In this document: in pieces, positions 49,223-60,042 of the stretch
Layout of the letters: each line of letters opens with the position of its first letter
How positions within the stretch are numbered: position 1 is the stretch's first letter
Program-made: the position numbers and the translations under genes
NCBI GenBank assembly: GCA_019058275.1
Contig: JAHLVW010000089.1
Coordinates: 1-64,000 of the forward strand
Reading direction: 5' to 3'
Origin: Candidatus Heimdallarchaeota archaeon
Lineage (GTDB): Archaea; Asgardarchaeota; Heimdallarchaeia; JABLTI01
DNA length: 64,000 nucleotides
Notes under the pieces: model-generated
Seen by the model: the letters and a program-made list of their open reading frames with translations, nothing else
The model's database searches: none
What the model was told of the DNA's origin: nothing

Positions 49223-51067
49223 TCACTGAAGAGCTTCATCAATAAAATCAGCAATTCGTTTGAATAAAACTTTCTGATTTTTTACTTTCAAAATACCATG
49301 ACCCTCATCATCAAATGTCAACAAATCAAATTTGATTGAATGTTCTTCTAGCTTCTTTTTCACTTCATCAACATTCTTAGGCGAGACATTTGGATCTCTT
49401 AGTCCCTGAACAATTAGGAGAGCTCCTTTTATATTTTGTACGAAGTTTATTGGTGATCGTTCATAATAAACTTCAGGGACTTCTTCTGGGTTACCACCAA
49501 GCATCTGTTCTGAATATGGTCTTAAATCAGGTCTTGTTGTATTGTAGTCAATAACTAAGTCTGTCATACCACATATTGGAACTGCAGCTGCAACAATTCT
49601 TTTTGGTGCTTTTGTAATTGTAAACCAACTACTATAACCTCCATAGCTTGTTCCTGTTACACCTACTTTATTCTCTTCTGCTAATCCATTATCTATTAGT
49701 GCTTCAATTCCAGAAAGAATGTCATTTTGCTCGTCAGAACCCCATCCGTTTAATCGTATAGCATCTTCAAATTCTAGTCCATAGCCAGTACTTCCTCTAT
49801 AATTCGGGTCTAATACAAAGAAACCTCTATTGACGTAATATTGAATTTGCTCATTTATACTATCTGAAGAGTGAGCAGTTGGTCCTCCATGAATATAAAC
49901 TATAGTTTTTCCATTAGGATTTCTAGGACGATATATCCAGCCATGTATCAGCAATCCATCTTTTCCATTCCATTCAAATCCCTCAGCAGGAGTAAAGTCT
50001 TCCTTTGTAATTTTAGTGTAATCCCAAAGGTTTGTTAGGAATTCAAATTTCTCTGGGATAACGTTATTGACATTAAACTTGATAAAATTCATAGGTTGTG
50101 TAGAGGAATAATATAATCCAATCCATGTTTCATCAGAAATTGGAAATCTGGGTACTAAATTACCAATTATATCAGGTAATACTCTTTCTTCCATTGTTGC
50201 TAAATTAATTATTGATGATTTAACTTTTGCTTTCTCATATTCATACACAATGATATGATTTCCAATTTTTGGGATCGAATAATACTCAATGTTTCTAGTT
50301 GGCTCATCAATAATCCATTCTATTTTACCAGAAGAGACATTATAAAATCCAAGGGAATAGTATTTTTGAACATGTCCATCTTTAGTGTCCGTTTGGAATA
50401 TTACTCTTTGTGAATCAGGCAACCAATCAGAATAAACTCTTGCTTTTTCACCAAAATTTAGTATTTCTCTATCTTCTTTTCCGTCAATGTCTACAAACCA
50501 TGTTTGTGTTCCTTTAGGATGTAATTCTTTTCTTGTGTAAATTAAATGAGTTCCTGTTTTATTCAACAAGGGATATGTATAAGCTGGTTTGTTAGGTTTT
50601 GCTATGACAGTTCTTACATTAGTTTCAATATTATGACGATACATCCATGTAGGTTCAATTTCCTCTTTTTTATTAGAATCATAATTAGCTCCATAAAACA
50701 ATAACTTTTCATCAGGATGTATATCTCCCCATCGCAAGAAATAATCTGGATCATCTTCTGTTAAGGGAATCATTTTCTTTGGTTCATCCAAGTTTACACG
50801 GAATAATCTATGTCTTTCGTTTCTACCCTTGTCTTCTGTAACAATTATTGCATTACTTTTAGGATAAAAATCTAACATAATGGTTAGTTCTGGTGTTTTT
50901 GTTAAAACAATAGGTTTGGATTTCTTCACCAAGTCTATGCAGAATACATCAACATTTGGATGAATGTTTTTCCAAGAATAAGCAAGCATATCTCCCTTTG
51001 GCGATATTTTTGGAGCTGAAATTCTAGGCACAGTTAACAAATTTTCTAAAAATTCTTTAGCGTTCAT
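49223..51067 (-). CDS. S9 family peptidase (acylaminoacyl peptidase-like)
   Basis: HGGP, NYRGSTGYG, GTSYGG, D, EGHG. Confidence 0.92.
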   Translation of the reverse strand: MNAKEFLENLLTVPRISAPKISPKGDMLAYSWKNIHPNVDVFCIDLVKKSKPIVLTKTPELTIMLDFYPKSNAIIVTEDKGRNERHRLFRVNLDEPKKMIPLTEDDPDYFLRWGDIHPDEKLLFYGANYDSNKKEEIEPTWMYRHNIETNVRTVIAKPNKPAYTYPLLNKTGTHLIYTRKELHPKGTQTWFVDIDGKEDREILNFGEKARVYSDWLPDSQRVIFQTDTKDGHVQKYYSLGFYNVSSGKIEWIIDEPTRNIEYYSIPKIGNHIIVYEYEKAKVKSSIINLATMEERVLPDIIGNLVPRFPISDETWIGLYYSSTQPMNFIKFNVNNVIPEKFEFLTNLWDYTKITKEDFTPAEGFEWNGKDGLLIHGWIYRPRNPNGKTIVYIHGGPTAHSSDSINEQIQYYVNRGFFVLDPNYRGSTGYGLEFEDAIRLNGWGSDEQNDILSGIEALIDNGLAEENKVGVTGTSYGGYSSWFTITKAPKRIVAAAVPICGMTDLVIDYNTTRPDLRPYSEQMLGGNPEEVPEVYYERSPINFVQNIKGALLIVQGLRDPNVSPKNVDEVKKKLEEHSIKFDLLTFDDEGHGILKVKNQKVLFKRIADFIDEALQ

Positions 51068-51136
51068 AGTACTTATATAAAAAAGAAGCTCTATTTAAGA
51101 ATAAAGGCAAAACACGAACAGTAGGAAGTAAATACT

Positions 51137-51520
51137 GTGAAGGAAGAAGAAACCAATGCTAAATTCTTGCTTGCTGTTTATGGTACTCTTAAAGAAAATT
51201 TCCCAAATTACTTTTACTATTTGAATCCAAATAAACCTATTTTTCGAGGTATGGTTGAAATAGCATATCAAATGCATTCTAACGAAGGGTTCCCACTTCT
51301 ATTTCCTTCTAAAACACAACATCAAATCTATATTGAAGTTTTCGTGGTTACAGAGGATGTATTAAATAAAATAGATAGATTAGAAGGAGTGCCAGAATTG
51401 TATGAAAGAAAGCTCCTCTATCTTGAGGAAATTAATGCAAGTACGTTCATTTATGTCATTACTAATCGAGAACCATTCGGTGAAATCATAGAAGATGGAT
51501 TGTTTCCTAAAAAAGAATAA
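51137..51520 (+). CDS. Gamma-glutamylcyclotransferase (AIG2-like)
   Basis: AVYGTLK...IDRLEG..LYER. Confidence 0.85.
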   Translation: MKEEETNAKFLLAVYGTLKENFPNYFYYLNPNKPIFRGMVEIAYQMHSNEGFPLLFPSKTQHQIYIEVFVVTEDVLNKIDRLEGVPELYERKLLYLEEINASTFIYVITNREPFGEIIEDGLFPKKE

Positions 51521-51529
51521 ATACTTTTC

Positions 51530-52774
51530 TTATTGAGGATATTTTGCATATTCTAAGACTGCTTTCAATCCTTGTTTCTTCTCAATTTCAAAGAATCTCT
51601 TAAAACCTCGCCCATAAATATCATCTCGAGAGCTTATCAATTCAGCTTGACCATGATAGCCATATAGTATTAGAACTTTGTAACTGACCCATTCGCAGAA
51701 ACCTTCTCTAATTTGCTTGTGCTGAGCTCTATCAATGACATTTTCAGATTGCCAAGCATGAGAGATTTCATGGCAAATTGTCCCTAATGCTAACTGTAAT
51801 GGCAAATGTGATTGTAAAAATATATTCATTTTTTCATTCTTTCTTTGGAACAAACCTAGATTTCGACCATCAGCTATAGCTGCACCAGTTTCTCGGATTT
51901 TTCGATCTAGGATTTTTTTAGATATTAATCGATAATTGATTTTATGATTTATTTCAAGACCAAGCTTTTGTATACCCTTTTGAGCTATGTCTATTAGTTC
52001 CCTTAATTGTTTCTCAGTTGAGATAGCACTTCTTTGACATTCAAAGCAGATCTTCCTTCCATCAGAGATTTCAACGAATTTCAAACCTACGGGTCTTCCA
52101 CACGAATCGCAATGTGGTACCAAGTGTTCACAATGCTCACAAAAGATACCATCCTTATTTTTATATGAATAATAGCGACCAACAATTGGCAAACCACAGG
52201 CTGAACATCTTCTTGCTTTTTCTTGACAAGTATAACAGAGTTTCTTCTCATGAACAGTAAATAAGAATTGACTTGGTATGCCACACATGTTACATCTTTC
52301 ATATATTTTGTAGCAATAATTACAGACCGAATCTTTATTGAAAATCCAATAGGTTCCTATGATTGGATTACTACATACAGAGCATCTTGGTGCATGTGTA
52401 AGGCAATTTCTACATAGAACTTGACCACGAATCTTTGTGTACCTAACAACTGGTTTTCCGCATCGATCACATTTTACATACTTCTTCATGCAGCTGTCAC
52501 AGGCAATAGTTCTATCAACAAACCTAGTATAACTGCCAATTATTGCCTTTTCACAGATATCACATTTTGGCGAGCGATTATAGCAAAGAATACATAAACC
52601 ATCTATGGAATTGTCTTCTCCACCGATAATAGGTTTCTTACAACTGGTGCATTTTGGAAGAAATTTATAACAATCATTACAAAAAATGGATCCATCTGAG
52701 AAATGAATATACTTCCCTCTGATAATTTCTTTGCAAGCATCACATTGTACTTTTATTACGCCAACAGAAACCAT
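51530..52774 (-). CDS. LIM-like zinc-finger repeat protein with DA1-like zinc peptidase domain
   Basis: Eight CxxC...CxxC units followed by HEISHAW...EGFCEW. Confidence 0.8.
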   Translation of the reverse strand: MVSVGVIKVQCDACKEIIRGKYIHFSDGSIFCNDCYKFLPKCTSCKKPIIGGEDNSIDGLCILCYNRSPKCDICEKAIIGSYTRFVDRTIACDSCMKKYVKCDRCGKPVVRYTKIRGQVLCRNCLTHAPRCSVCSNPIIGTYWIFNKDSVCNYCYKIYERCNMCGIPSQFLFTVHEKKLCYTCQEKARRCSACGLPIVGRYYSYKNKDGIFCEHCEHLVPHCDSCGRPVGLKFVEISDGRKICFECQRSAISTEKQLRELIDIAQKGIQKLGLEINHKINYRLISKKILDRKIRETGAAIADGRNLGLFQRKNEKMNIFLQSHLPLQLALGTICHEISHAWQSENVIDRAQHKQIREGFCEWVSYKVLILYGYHGQAELISSRDDIYGRGFKRFFEIEKKQGLKAVLEYAKYPQ

Positions 52775-52902
52775 CTAGTTGATAACCTCACAAGGTAAGT
52801 AGATTAGTTATTATTGTTCACTAATATACATTTGTTATTGAATTGGAAAAAACTTTCTATAGGGACAATTATTGTTTTGCATTATCATAATTAAAGGTTA
52901 AA

Positions 52903-53445
52903 CTACTTTCTTCTTAATTGAATTAGTTTCTTTACAAAAGCATCTAAAATCTGACATTCTTCTTCATGTCTTAGAGGTATAGCTTCATCTCTTTTACCGA
53001 TATAGGGACCAATTATGTATTTTGGAATATTAGTAGCTCGCAGAAAAAGAACTAAACCTGCTGAAAGTAAAATAATCCACTTACCCCATCCCTCTATTAG
53101 GAGAGCAGAAGCTACAGCACCAGCTATTACTAGTGCAGAAACAAAAATAGCCAAACCTATAAGCAATCTTGTTATAAATTGCCGATTTTTCTTTATCTTA
53201 ATTAGTGCCACTCTTGCACCAGTATCATACCATGATTCATCAATTTTTGGCAATACCATACATAAAGCAGCAACATGTGCATCAGCATTTCTAAAAGCAT
53301 CATTAAGAGCTTGCCCAAAATCTTCTTTAGGTAAACCCTTTCTGCCAATTATAATGGACAGTTCGCTAATAACCAAATCAATGGTCACTTTTGCATCAGA
53401 GGAAATCTTTGTTTTTTTGTTTGCCTTCTTTGTTTTATAAGACAT
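52903..53445 (-). CDS. Membrane protein (2 TM)
   Basis: Hydrophobic hairpin. Confidence 0.55.
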   Translation of the reverse strand: MSYKTKKANKKTKISSDAKVTIDLVISELSIIIGRKGLPKEDFGQALNDAFRNADAHVAALCMVLPKIDESWYDTGARVALIKIKKNRQFITRLLIGLAIFVSALVIAGAVASALLIEGWGKWIILLSAGLVLFLRATNIPKYIIGPYIGKRDEAIPLRHEEECQILDAFVKKLIQLRRK

Positions 53446-53478
53446 TTTTTTCTATCCGGATTTTTACTTAATGAAAAG

Positions 53479-53892
53479 CTAGCTTTTTGATAAATGATAG
53501 AAGATAATTATCAAAGCGCCAATAATGACGACCAATGCACCCACATTTCCAGCCAATATTGCCAGAACAATGATTATTGTTGCATAAGCTATCAAATGCA
53601 AACTATATGGAAATCTTTTGTCTACTGCCATCCAAATAATTAATACAGCAACTACAATTGCTATAATAGCTGCTAAAAAGGGGACACCAATTTGACCAAA
53701 AGTATAGGAGGACCATACACCATCTGTACCTGATGGATCTTCAATCAAATCAAGTACTGCTGCAACGATAATTAAAATTGCTCCAAGGACAATAAGAACT
53801 TGCCCAACTTGGAACCATGGTCCTAACTCTTTTCTTCTACGATATTTCTTCTCTTTTTGTTTCTTCTTGGTGGACATATTAAGCACTTCCAA
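53479..53892 (-). CDS. Small membrane protein
   Basis: Hydrophobic segments; architecture similar to 38371-38730. Confidence 0.6.
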   Translation of the reverse strand: MEVLNMSTKKKQKEKKYRRRKELGPWFQVGQVLIVLGAILIIVAAVLDLIEDPSGTDGVWSSYTFGQIGVPFLAAIIAIVVAVLIIWMAVDKRFPYSLHLIAYATIIIVLAILAGNVGALVVIIGALIIIFYHLSKS

Positions 53893-53981
53893 CTATGAGA
53901 GAAAAATATTAACTCTAAAAATTATTTAAATACATTATACTTAATTCTATCGTTTATAAAAAAAGAAAAGGGAAATGGAGC

Positions 53982-54485
53982 TTACTTTCTTGCGTCTTTA
54001 ATCCCAGCAATAAAAGTTCCCAATAAAGCACCCATTGCAAAAGTAACGCAGATAAAGAAAACTGCAATTATTGCACAAGCAATTAAAAGCTCTACAATTC
54101 CAACAATATAACCAAAAGTCTCATTTGCGTTTGTCAAAACAAAGATAAGAGAAATCAAAAAGAAAGTCACCGTAGCTATTAAAGCACTAATAGTCGAAAA
54201 TTTAAGGGATATCAATGCACTAAAAGTTTTATTTTTCCAAGCACATGCAAAACCTGCAGGAATTCCATATAATGCTAATATAAAATTAAAAGCATAAGCA
54301 TTACCGTATAATGCAACAGCTAAGAAATTCGTTGCTATCATAGCAACACTAACAAGCACACCAGATATTATTATCGTTACCCAAGGAAGTGGTATTTTCT
54401 TACTTCTACCATGAGCATATTCTTTGAATGCTTGACTATCTCTGAGATTTGTATCCTCTTCCAACATCGTTATCTTATTTTCCAT
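53982..54485 (-). CDS. Membrane protein (4 TM)
   Basis: Hydrophobic segments. Confidence 0.6.
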   Translation of the reverse strand: MENKITMLEEDTNLRDSQAFKEYAHGRSKKIPLPWVTIIISGVLVSVAMIATNFLAVALYGNAYAFNFILALYGIPAGFACAWKNKTFSALISLKFSTISALIATVTFFLISLIFVLTNANETFGYIVGIVELLIACAIIAVFFICVTFAMGALLGTFIAGIKDARK

Positions 54486-54964
54486 TTTTAGCTATTTTTA
54501 TTCTATTATTGATATGATAATAACTAATTAATTGATGAACTGATTTATATTTTTTTTTAAATTTAGAAATTTAGAAAAATAACTTAAATCTCATTAGGAT
54601 GAGACTTAGCAAACCACTGATTTCTAAACTGGTTTTACATAGCTGAAAGACCATCTTCATAACTTCTTTCCAGTTTTTTGGTGTTTAAATACTAAGGCGC
54701 CAACTATAAAATCAGAGAAAATATAGTGATTATATAGATAAGGTTTAGTTAAAATTATAAACCTTAATTAATAAAATACAACAATTTTTACATAAATTGC
54801 TGTAAATATAACTAAAAGCGAGAAAATTCCGTAAAAAAATGGAATAAAGGCAAGAAATAGAAAAAAACATGCGGATGATTTTACTAGAACAAGGAAGAAT
54901 TTTACTAGACATAGGGTAAGAATTCTTCATAGTTCTTTTATATTAAAATTGATTCTCTTGTTTC

Positions 54965-55204
54965 TTGGAGTTGACTATTAAAATGCTGACTGTCGCGGAT
55001 CAATTACCCCCTTCTGCAAGAGCGATATACACACTCTTATCTGAACAGGGACCTTTGACTTCAAAGGATTTAATACAAAAGTGCGATCTAGCACCACGAA
55101 CTGTTAGATATGCTTTAAAACGTTTAACGAAAGAGGGCCTCGTAAGAAAGGCACCATACCTTCTTGATATGAGATCATCAAAATACTTCGTTGAAACAAG
55201 TTAA
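54965..55204 (+). CDS. Winged-HTH transcriptional regulator
   Basis: LPPSARAIY..L...GPLT.KDL....LAPRTVRYALKRL. Confidence 0.85.
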   Translation: MELTIKMLTVADQLPPSARAIYTLLSEQGPLTSKDLIQKCDLAPRTVRYALKRLTKEGLVRKAPYLLDMRSSKYFVETS

Positions 55205-55252
55205 ATTGTTCTCAACATTAACTTTGTTCACAATTTAAGATGGTTAATATTG

Positions 55253-55288
55253 CCTCGCATTTAATGCGAGGAAAACTCCTCTTTTTTT
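55253..55288 (+). terminator. Hairpin plus T-tract downstream of the wHTH gene
   Basis: CCTCGCAT-TTA-ATGCGAGG followed by T7. Confidence 0.5.
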
Positions 55289-55385
55289 GACTTCTTTACT
55301 TGACCAAATAATGATTCTAGAGATAAATTTTTGAATTGCTTTTTTATTTGATTTCTACACGTAATCAATGTTAAGATAAAAAGGA

Positions 55386-56786
55386 ATGATTCCAATGAAA
55401 CTCTTTAGTACCTCAGGCATTCGTAGAAAGGTTGCTGAAATACCTCCAAATTTTGCTGTAAATATTGGATTAGCAATAAGTAAAGCTATTTGTAATAATT
55501 CAGATTCTGATGTTATTGTTGCTCGAGATGCACGTTCTAGTGGTCCAATGGTAGAGCACGCAATAGTTTCTGGTTTGATAGCAGGAGGTTCAAGTGTGGA
55601 AAGAAAAGGAATTATTCCAACACCAGCTTTAGCCTATCATACACATAAAACAAATGCGTGTGCAGGTGTTATGTTAACTGCGTCTCACAATCCACCTGAA
55701 TACAACGGAATAAAAGTTTTTGATAAAACAAGTATGGGACTATCACCTGAAGATGAAAGAAAAATTGAAGAAATTTTTGCAAATAATGATTTGCCTATTG
55801 TTCCCTGGATGAATTTTGGTAAAGATAAGGAAGTTTTAGGTTCTGAAATTTATAATAAGATGTTATTAGATGCGGGATCTCAAATTGATCCTGACAAATT
55901 TGATTCTGTAATTGTTGATCCAGGTGGAGGTGCTGGTTGTGAAGTAATATTAAATATCTATCAAGAACTAGGTCTAAATCTCATTTCAATTAATGGTATG
56001 TTTGATCCTTATTTTTCTGCAAGACCATCTGAACCAGAAGCAAAAAATCTCTCACAATTACTCGAGACAGTCAAAAAATTCAGTGAGAAAAAGAATGATA
56101 GTAGTATTGGATTAGCTTATGATGGCGATGCTGATAGATGTGTGGCTGTTGATGAAAAAGGCAGATTTGTACCTCTTGATATGCTGATATCTCTATATGC
56201 AAAATATATTGTAGAGCAGAATTCTGGCAAAGGAATTATCATCACTCATATTGATGCTTCAATGCTTATTGACAAATTAGTTAATGATGCAGGTGGAAAA
56301 GTTAAGCGTACCAAAGTAGGTGATGTTGCTATTGGTAATATGGTAGCTAATGAGAAAGCGGTTTTTGGTGGAGAACCTTGTGGCGCTTGGATACATCCAA
56401 AACATCATTTATGTCCAGATGGTCCATTAACAGGTATAAAAATTTTAGAATGGGTTAATGAAAGAGGACCACTATATCAATTAGTAGATTCGGTAGAAGA
56501 TTTTCCAGTTAATAGAATTAAAATAAATTGCCAAAATGACATAAAGCAAATTGTACTCATAAAACTAGATGAAAAATTATCATCAAAAGATGAATTCAAA
56601 GATATTCTCAAGATGGATGGTTTACGACTTAATTTTGAAGATGATAGTTGGGTGTTAATAAGACCAAGTGGAACAGAACCATATTTCAGAGTTACATCAC
56701 AAGCTATGACCCAAAAGGAATCCAAGGAAAGATTAGAGTATTATTCCTCACTTGTTGAGAAAGAAATTAAATATACGCAGAAATAA
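55386..56786 (+). CDS. glmM: Phosphoglucosamine mutase / phosphohexomutase
   Basis: TASHNP, DGDADR, GGE, RPSGTEP. Confidence 0.9.
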   Translation: MIPMKLFSTSGIRRKVAEIPPNFAVNIGLAISKAICNNSDSDVIVARDARSSGPMVEHAIVSGLIAGGSSVERKGIIPTPALAYHTHKTNACAGVMLTASHNPPEYNGIKVFDKTSMGLSPEDERKIEEIFANNDLPIVPWMNFGKDKEVLGSEIYNKMLLDAGSQIDPDKFDSVIVDPGGGAGCEVILNIYQELGLNLISINGMFDPYFSARPSEPEAKNLSQLLETVKKFSEKKNDSSIGLAYDGDADRCVAVDEKGRFVPLDMLISLYAKYIVEQNSGKGIIITHIDASMLIDKLVNDAGGKVKRTKVGDVAIGNMVANEKAVFGGEPCGAWIHPKHHLCPDGPLTGIKILEWVNERGPLYQLVDSVEDFPVNRIKINCQNDIKQIVLIKLDEKLSSKDEFKDILKMDGLRLNFEDDSWVLIRPSGTEPYFRVTSQAMTQKESKERLEYYSSLVEKEIKYTQK

Positions 56787-56794
56787 AGGTTGTA

Positions 56795-58063
56795 TTGATT
56801 AAATTGTCCAAAACAAAAATGAACCATACTATGATTGTTTTTATTTCACAAAATGACAATGAACAATTATATCCCCTGGTTAAAAATCGTCCAGCTGTAT
56901 TATTACAAGTAGCAGGTAAAACGATTATTGAATGGTTTTATGAAATTGGCAAGAAATCTGGAATCAATGAGATTTTGCTTTTAGCAAATAAAGATGATCG
57001 TCAACTATTGTATCAAGCACTTGATGATTATCAAGAAACAAGTGCGCCTATTAATGAAATTGGACCATTTGTTATCATTGATTACGATCCAAAGAAAGGC
57101 ATAACAGAAGAAATAATGGACGACTTACTTAGGGATCGGGTAACAAAGGATTCAGTTTGGTTAGATGGTAATATTATTTTCAGTCCAGATTTCTTCAAAG
57201 AATTCTTGAAAAAAGCAGAAGGTACAGGGAAATACGCATTAGTTGAACAAGATAATGACCAATGTTTAGGAATAGGTCTTTTTGCTAAAAATTATTTGGA
57301 AAGCTGTGCATTAGGAGCTAATAGAGTTAATGATATTTTCGAAGAAGTTAGTACGAAAACTCAAAGTGCAATCCTTACAATGAAATACGAGAAAAAGGAC
57401 ATGGAATTTTGGCAGATAAACTATTTGTGGAATTTACTGGATGCAAATCAAGTTTTGATTAATTATATTGATGAGAAAAAATCTGGTACAATTGAAGATG
57501 GAACAACAATAATTGGTAAAGTATCAATTGGTAAAGGTTCTAGGATTAGAGCTGGGAGCTATTTAGAAGGACCTTTAGCAATAGGCAAAAACTGTGATAT
57601 TGGACCTAATTGCTATTTGAGAAAAGGAGTATCATTAAGTGATAGTGTTAGGATAGGAAATGCTTGTGAATTAAAGAATACTATTGTTTTTGATGGAACA
57701 CATATTGCTCATTTATCATATGTTGGTGATTCGATAATCGGAATGCATTGCAACTTTGGTGCTGGAACAATTACTGGCAATCTAAGATTAGATGATAAGA
57801 CTGTAAGGACTAAAATGATTAAAGATAAAACGGAATCTGAAGTTGTTTCTACAGGAAGAAGGAAAATAGGAGTAATAATGGGCGATAATGTAAAAACAGC
57901 CATTAATACATTCTTTATGCCAGGAGTAATTGTCGGGAACAATTCTGCTATTGGAACAGGAGTAATTGTAAATCGAAATATTGGTTCCAATGTTTTTGTA
58001 TGTATTGATCAAGAGCAAATTTCACGCGAATGGAAAATAGAACAAAAGAAAAAGAAAGGTTAG
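56795..58063 (+). CDS. glmU: GlmU-like sugar-phosphate acetyltransferase with degenerate nucleotidyltransferase domain
   Basis: Hexapeptide LbH repeats, HLSYVGDS, NFGAGT, NLRLD; N-terminal GxGTR motif replaced by SQNDNEQ. Confidence 0.75.
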   Translation: MIKLSKTKMNHTMIVFISQNDNEQLYPLVKNRPAVLLQVAGKTIIEWFYEIGKKSGINEILLLANKDDRQLLYQALDDYQETSAPINEIGPFVIIDYDPKKGITEEIMDDLLRDRVTKDSVWLDGNIIFSPDFFKEFLKKAEGTGKYALVEQDNDQCLGIGLFAKNYLESCALGANRVNDIFEEVSTKTQSAILTMKYEKKDMEFWQINYLWNLLDANQVLINYIDEKKSGTIEDGTTIIGKVSIGKGSRIRAGSYLEGPLAIGKNCDIGPNCYLRKGVSLSDSVRIGNACELKNTIVFDGTHIAHLSYVGDSIIGMHCNFGAGTITGNLRLDDKTVRTKMIKDKTESEVVSTGRRKIGVIMGDNVKTAINTFFMPGVIVGNNSAIGTGVIVNRNIGSNVFVCIDQEQISREWKIEQKKKKG

Positions 58064-58073
58064 GGAAGACTGT

Positions 58074-59624
58074 ATGAGTAAATTAGTAGAAGCTCACATA
58101 GAAGAAATTAATGCAGTCAAGAAAGATCTTTCACAGATGAAATTAAAGATTGCTTTTTGTTATCCTAATACCTATCGAGCAGGCATGGCCTCATTAGGTT
58201 TACAACTGATTTACAGGTTATGGAATTCATATGAAAGAGTTGCTTGTGAACGATCATTTTTGCCAATAAAAGAATCAGTAGAACCTTATACACTTGAATC
58301 AGATAAACCACTACGAGAAATGGATGTAATTGCCTTTACACTTCAATATGAAGATGACTATACTAATGTTTTACAAATATTGGAAAGGTCGCATATACCT
58401 CTGGAAACAAAGGATAGAGATGACCGTCATCCATTAATTATTGCTGGAGGACCATGTGCTCAATCCAATCCCATCCCTATCTCATCATTCATTGATGCAT
58501 TTATGATAGGTGATTTAGAACCAGTTTGTGATCAATTAATTAGAGAAGGTCTACTAAGTAGTCAAACAAGATCAACAAGATTAGAATCACTAGATAATTT
58601 TGAATGGATTTGGGTACCATCTATAAATGAAGATAAATCAGTCAGATTTGCTCCTAAAGGTGACATTAATGATTATTTTTATCCAGTAAAACAAATTATT
58701 GCTCAAGTTGAGGAAGAGAATCCATGGTATGGGGTTTTCGGTAAATCCTTCATGTTGGAAGTAGTTAGAGGATGTAACCGTGGTTGTTCATTTTGCTTGA
58801 CAGGAAAAATCAATCATCCAAGAAGAGCTCGTACATTAGATAAACTACTAGAACTCTATAGACAAGGAACACAAGAGTGCGATGTCAATAAAATAACTAC
58901 AATTGGTTCCGGGATTTCTGATTACAAATATCTAGAAGATTTATGTCAAAGTATTTTGGAAGATAATCTTACTTTTTCATTACCATCAATAAGAGCTGAT
59001 AAAATCACACATGAACTAGTTAAGCTACTAGTAGAAGCTAAACAACGAACAATAACTACTGCTCCTGAAGCAGGAACAGAAAATCTTCGCAAACAAATTT
59101 GTAAAGGTGTAAGTAATGAAGAAATCATCAATTCTGTTTCCTTAGCTTCTGATGAAGGTCTTTCACGATTAAAAGCTTACTTCATTTTGGGTTTGCCAGA
59201 TGAAAAGGAAGAGGATATTGAAGCAATTGCAAAATTAGCTGAAGAAATGGCAAAGGTAGGTAAAAACATAAGAAAATTAAGAATTTCAAGTTGTTTCTTC
59301 ATACCCAAACCACGAACCCAATATCAAGATAAATCTCTCTTTTCATTAAAAGAGCTTCAAGCAAAAAGCAAATTATTATATAAACTAACAAATAAAATCC
59401 CTAGAGTTAATTGTGATATAAGCAATCCAAAGTGGTCAAGAATTCAAACAATTTTATCAATTAGTGGAAAAGAAATATCTAAACCTCTAATGCTTGCTGC
59501 AAAATATGGCGGAGGGCTTGGTAGTTGGAGAAGAGCTTTGAATGAATTTAATCTTACAATAGAAGATATTGTAGAAAATAGATCAGAAAAAGAAGAGCAT
59601 CCATGGGACTTTATTGAATTGTAA
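58074..59624 (+). CDS. B12-binding-domain radical SAM protein
   Basis: YPNTYRAGMASLG, GGP, EVVRGCNRGCSFC, APEAG. Confidence 0.85.
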   Translation: MSKLVEAHIEEINAVKKDLSQMKLKIAFCYPNTYRAGMASLGLQLIYRLWNSYERVACERSFLPIKESVEPYTLESDKPLREMDVIAFTLQYEDDYTNVLQILERSHIPLETKDRDDRHPLIIAGGPCAQSNPIPISSFIDAFMIGDLEPVCDQLIREGLLSSQTRSTRLESLDNFEWIWVPSINEDKSVRFAPKGDINDYFYPVKQIIAQVEEENPWYGVFGKSFMLEVVRGCNRGCSFCLTGKINHPRRARTLDKLLELYRQGTQECDVNKITTIGSGISDYKYLEDLCQSILEDNLTFSLPSIRADKITHELVKLLVEAKQRTITTAPEAGTENLRKQICKGVSNEEIINSVSLASDEGLSRLKAYFILGLPDEKEEDIEAIAKLAEEMAKVGKNIRKLRISSCFFIPKPRTQYQDKSLFSLKELQAKSKLLYKLTNKIPRVNCDISNPKWSRIQTILSISGKEISKPLMLAAKYGGGLGSWRRALNEFNLTIEDIVENRSEKEEHPWDFIEL

Positions 59625-59644
59625 TTAGAAAGAGCAATTGAAAA

Positions 59645-60034
59645 TTAATCCTCATGTTGAAAATAGAAGCCAGCTTGCTTTTTTTCACCGAAACTTCTTA
59701 AACCATCTTTTGAAAGTAGCTGTTTGATGTCTTTAGCAGTAGATCTACTTATATCGCCCTTTTTCTTGAGGTAATCAATTATTTCGACAGCTTGTTCTTC
59801 AGTTTCGCATCTGCGGATAAAATCAATTACATTTGGATCATAACCAGCAAAACGATAAGGATTGGGCATCTCTTTCATTTTTTCTGCTAGTTCAACTTCC
59901 TTTTCAATATCATCTTCGATTTGTTTTGCTTTTTCCTCACAGACATACTTTAGAGGAAACATATTTTCTTCTTTAACAATTTCCTTCTTCAAAGATGGAT
60001 ATTGCTCTTCTTCGTTGCTCATTGTGTTCACCAA
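59645..60034 (-). CDS. DUF2095 family protein
   Basis: FAGYDPNVIDFIRRC..EEQA.EIIDYL...GLRSFG. Confidence 0.8.
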   Translation of the reverse strand: MVNTMSNEEEQYPSLKKEIVKEENMFPLKYVCEEKAKQIEDDIEKEVELAEKMKEMPNPYRFAGYDPNVIDFIRRCETEEQAVEIIDYLKKKGDISRSTAKDIKQLLSKDGLRSFGEKKQAGFYFQHED

Positions 60035-60042
60035 TTATTGTT

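Noticed and set aside
54486-54964. Long intergenic region with small hairpin TCTCAT-TAGG-ATGAGA and a 61-aa ORF; possible ncRNA or replication origin
   Set aside because: No GC-rich structured RNA, no ORB-like repeats and no adjacent cdc6/orc1 seen
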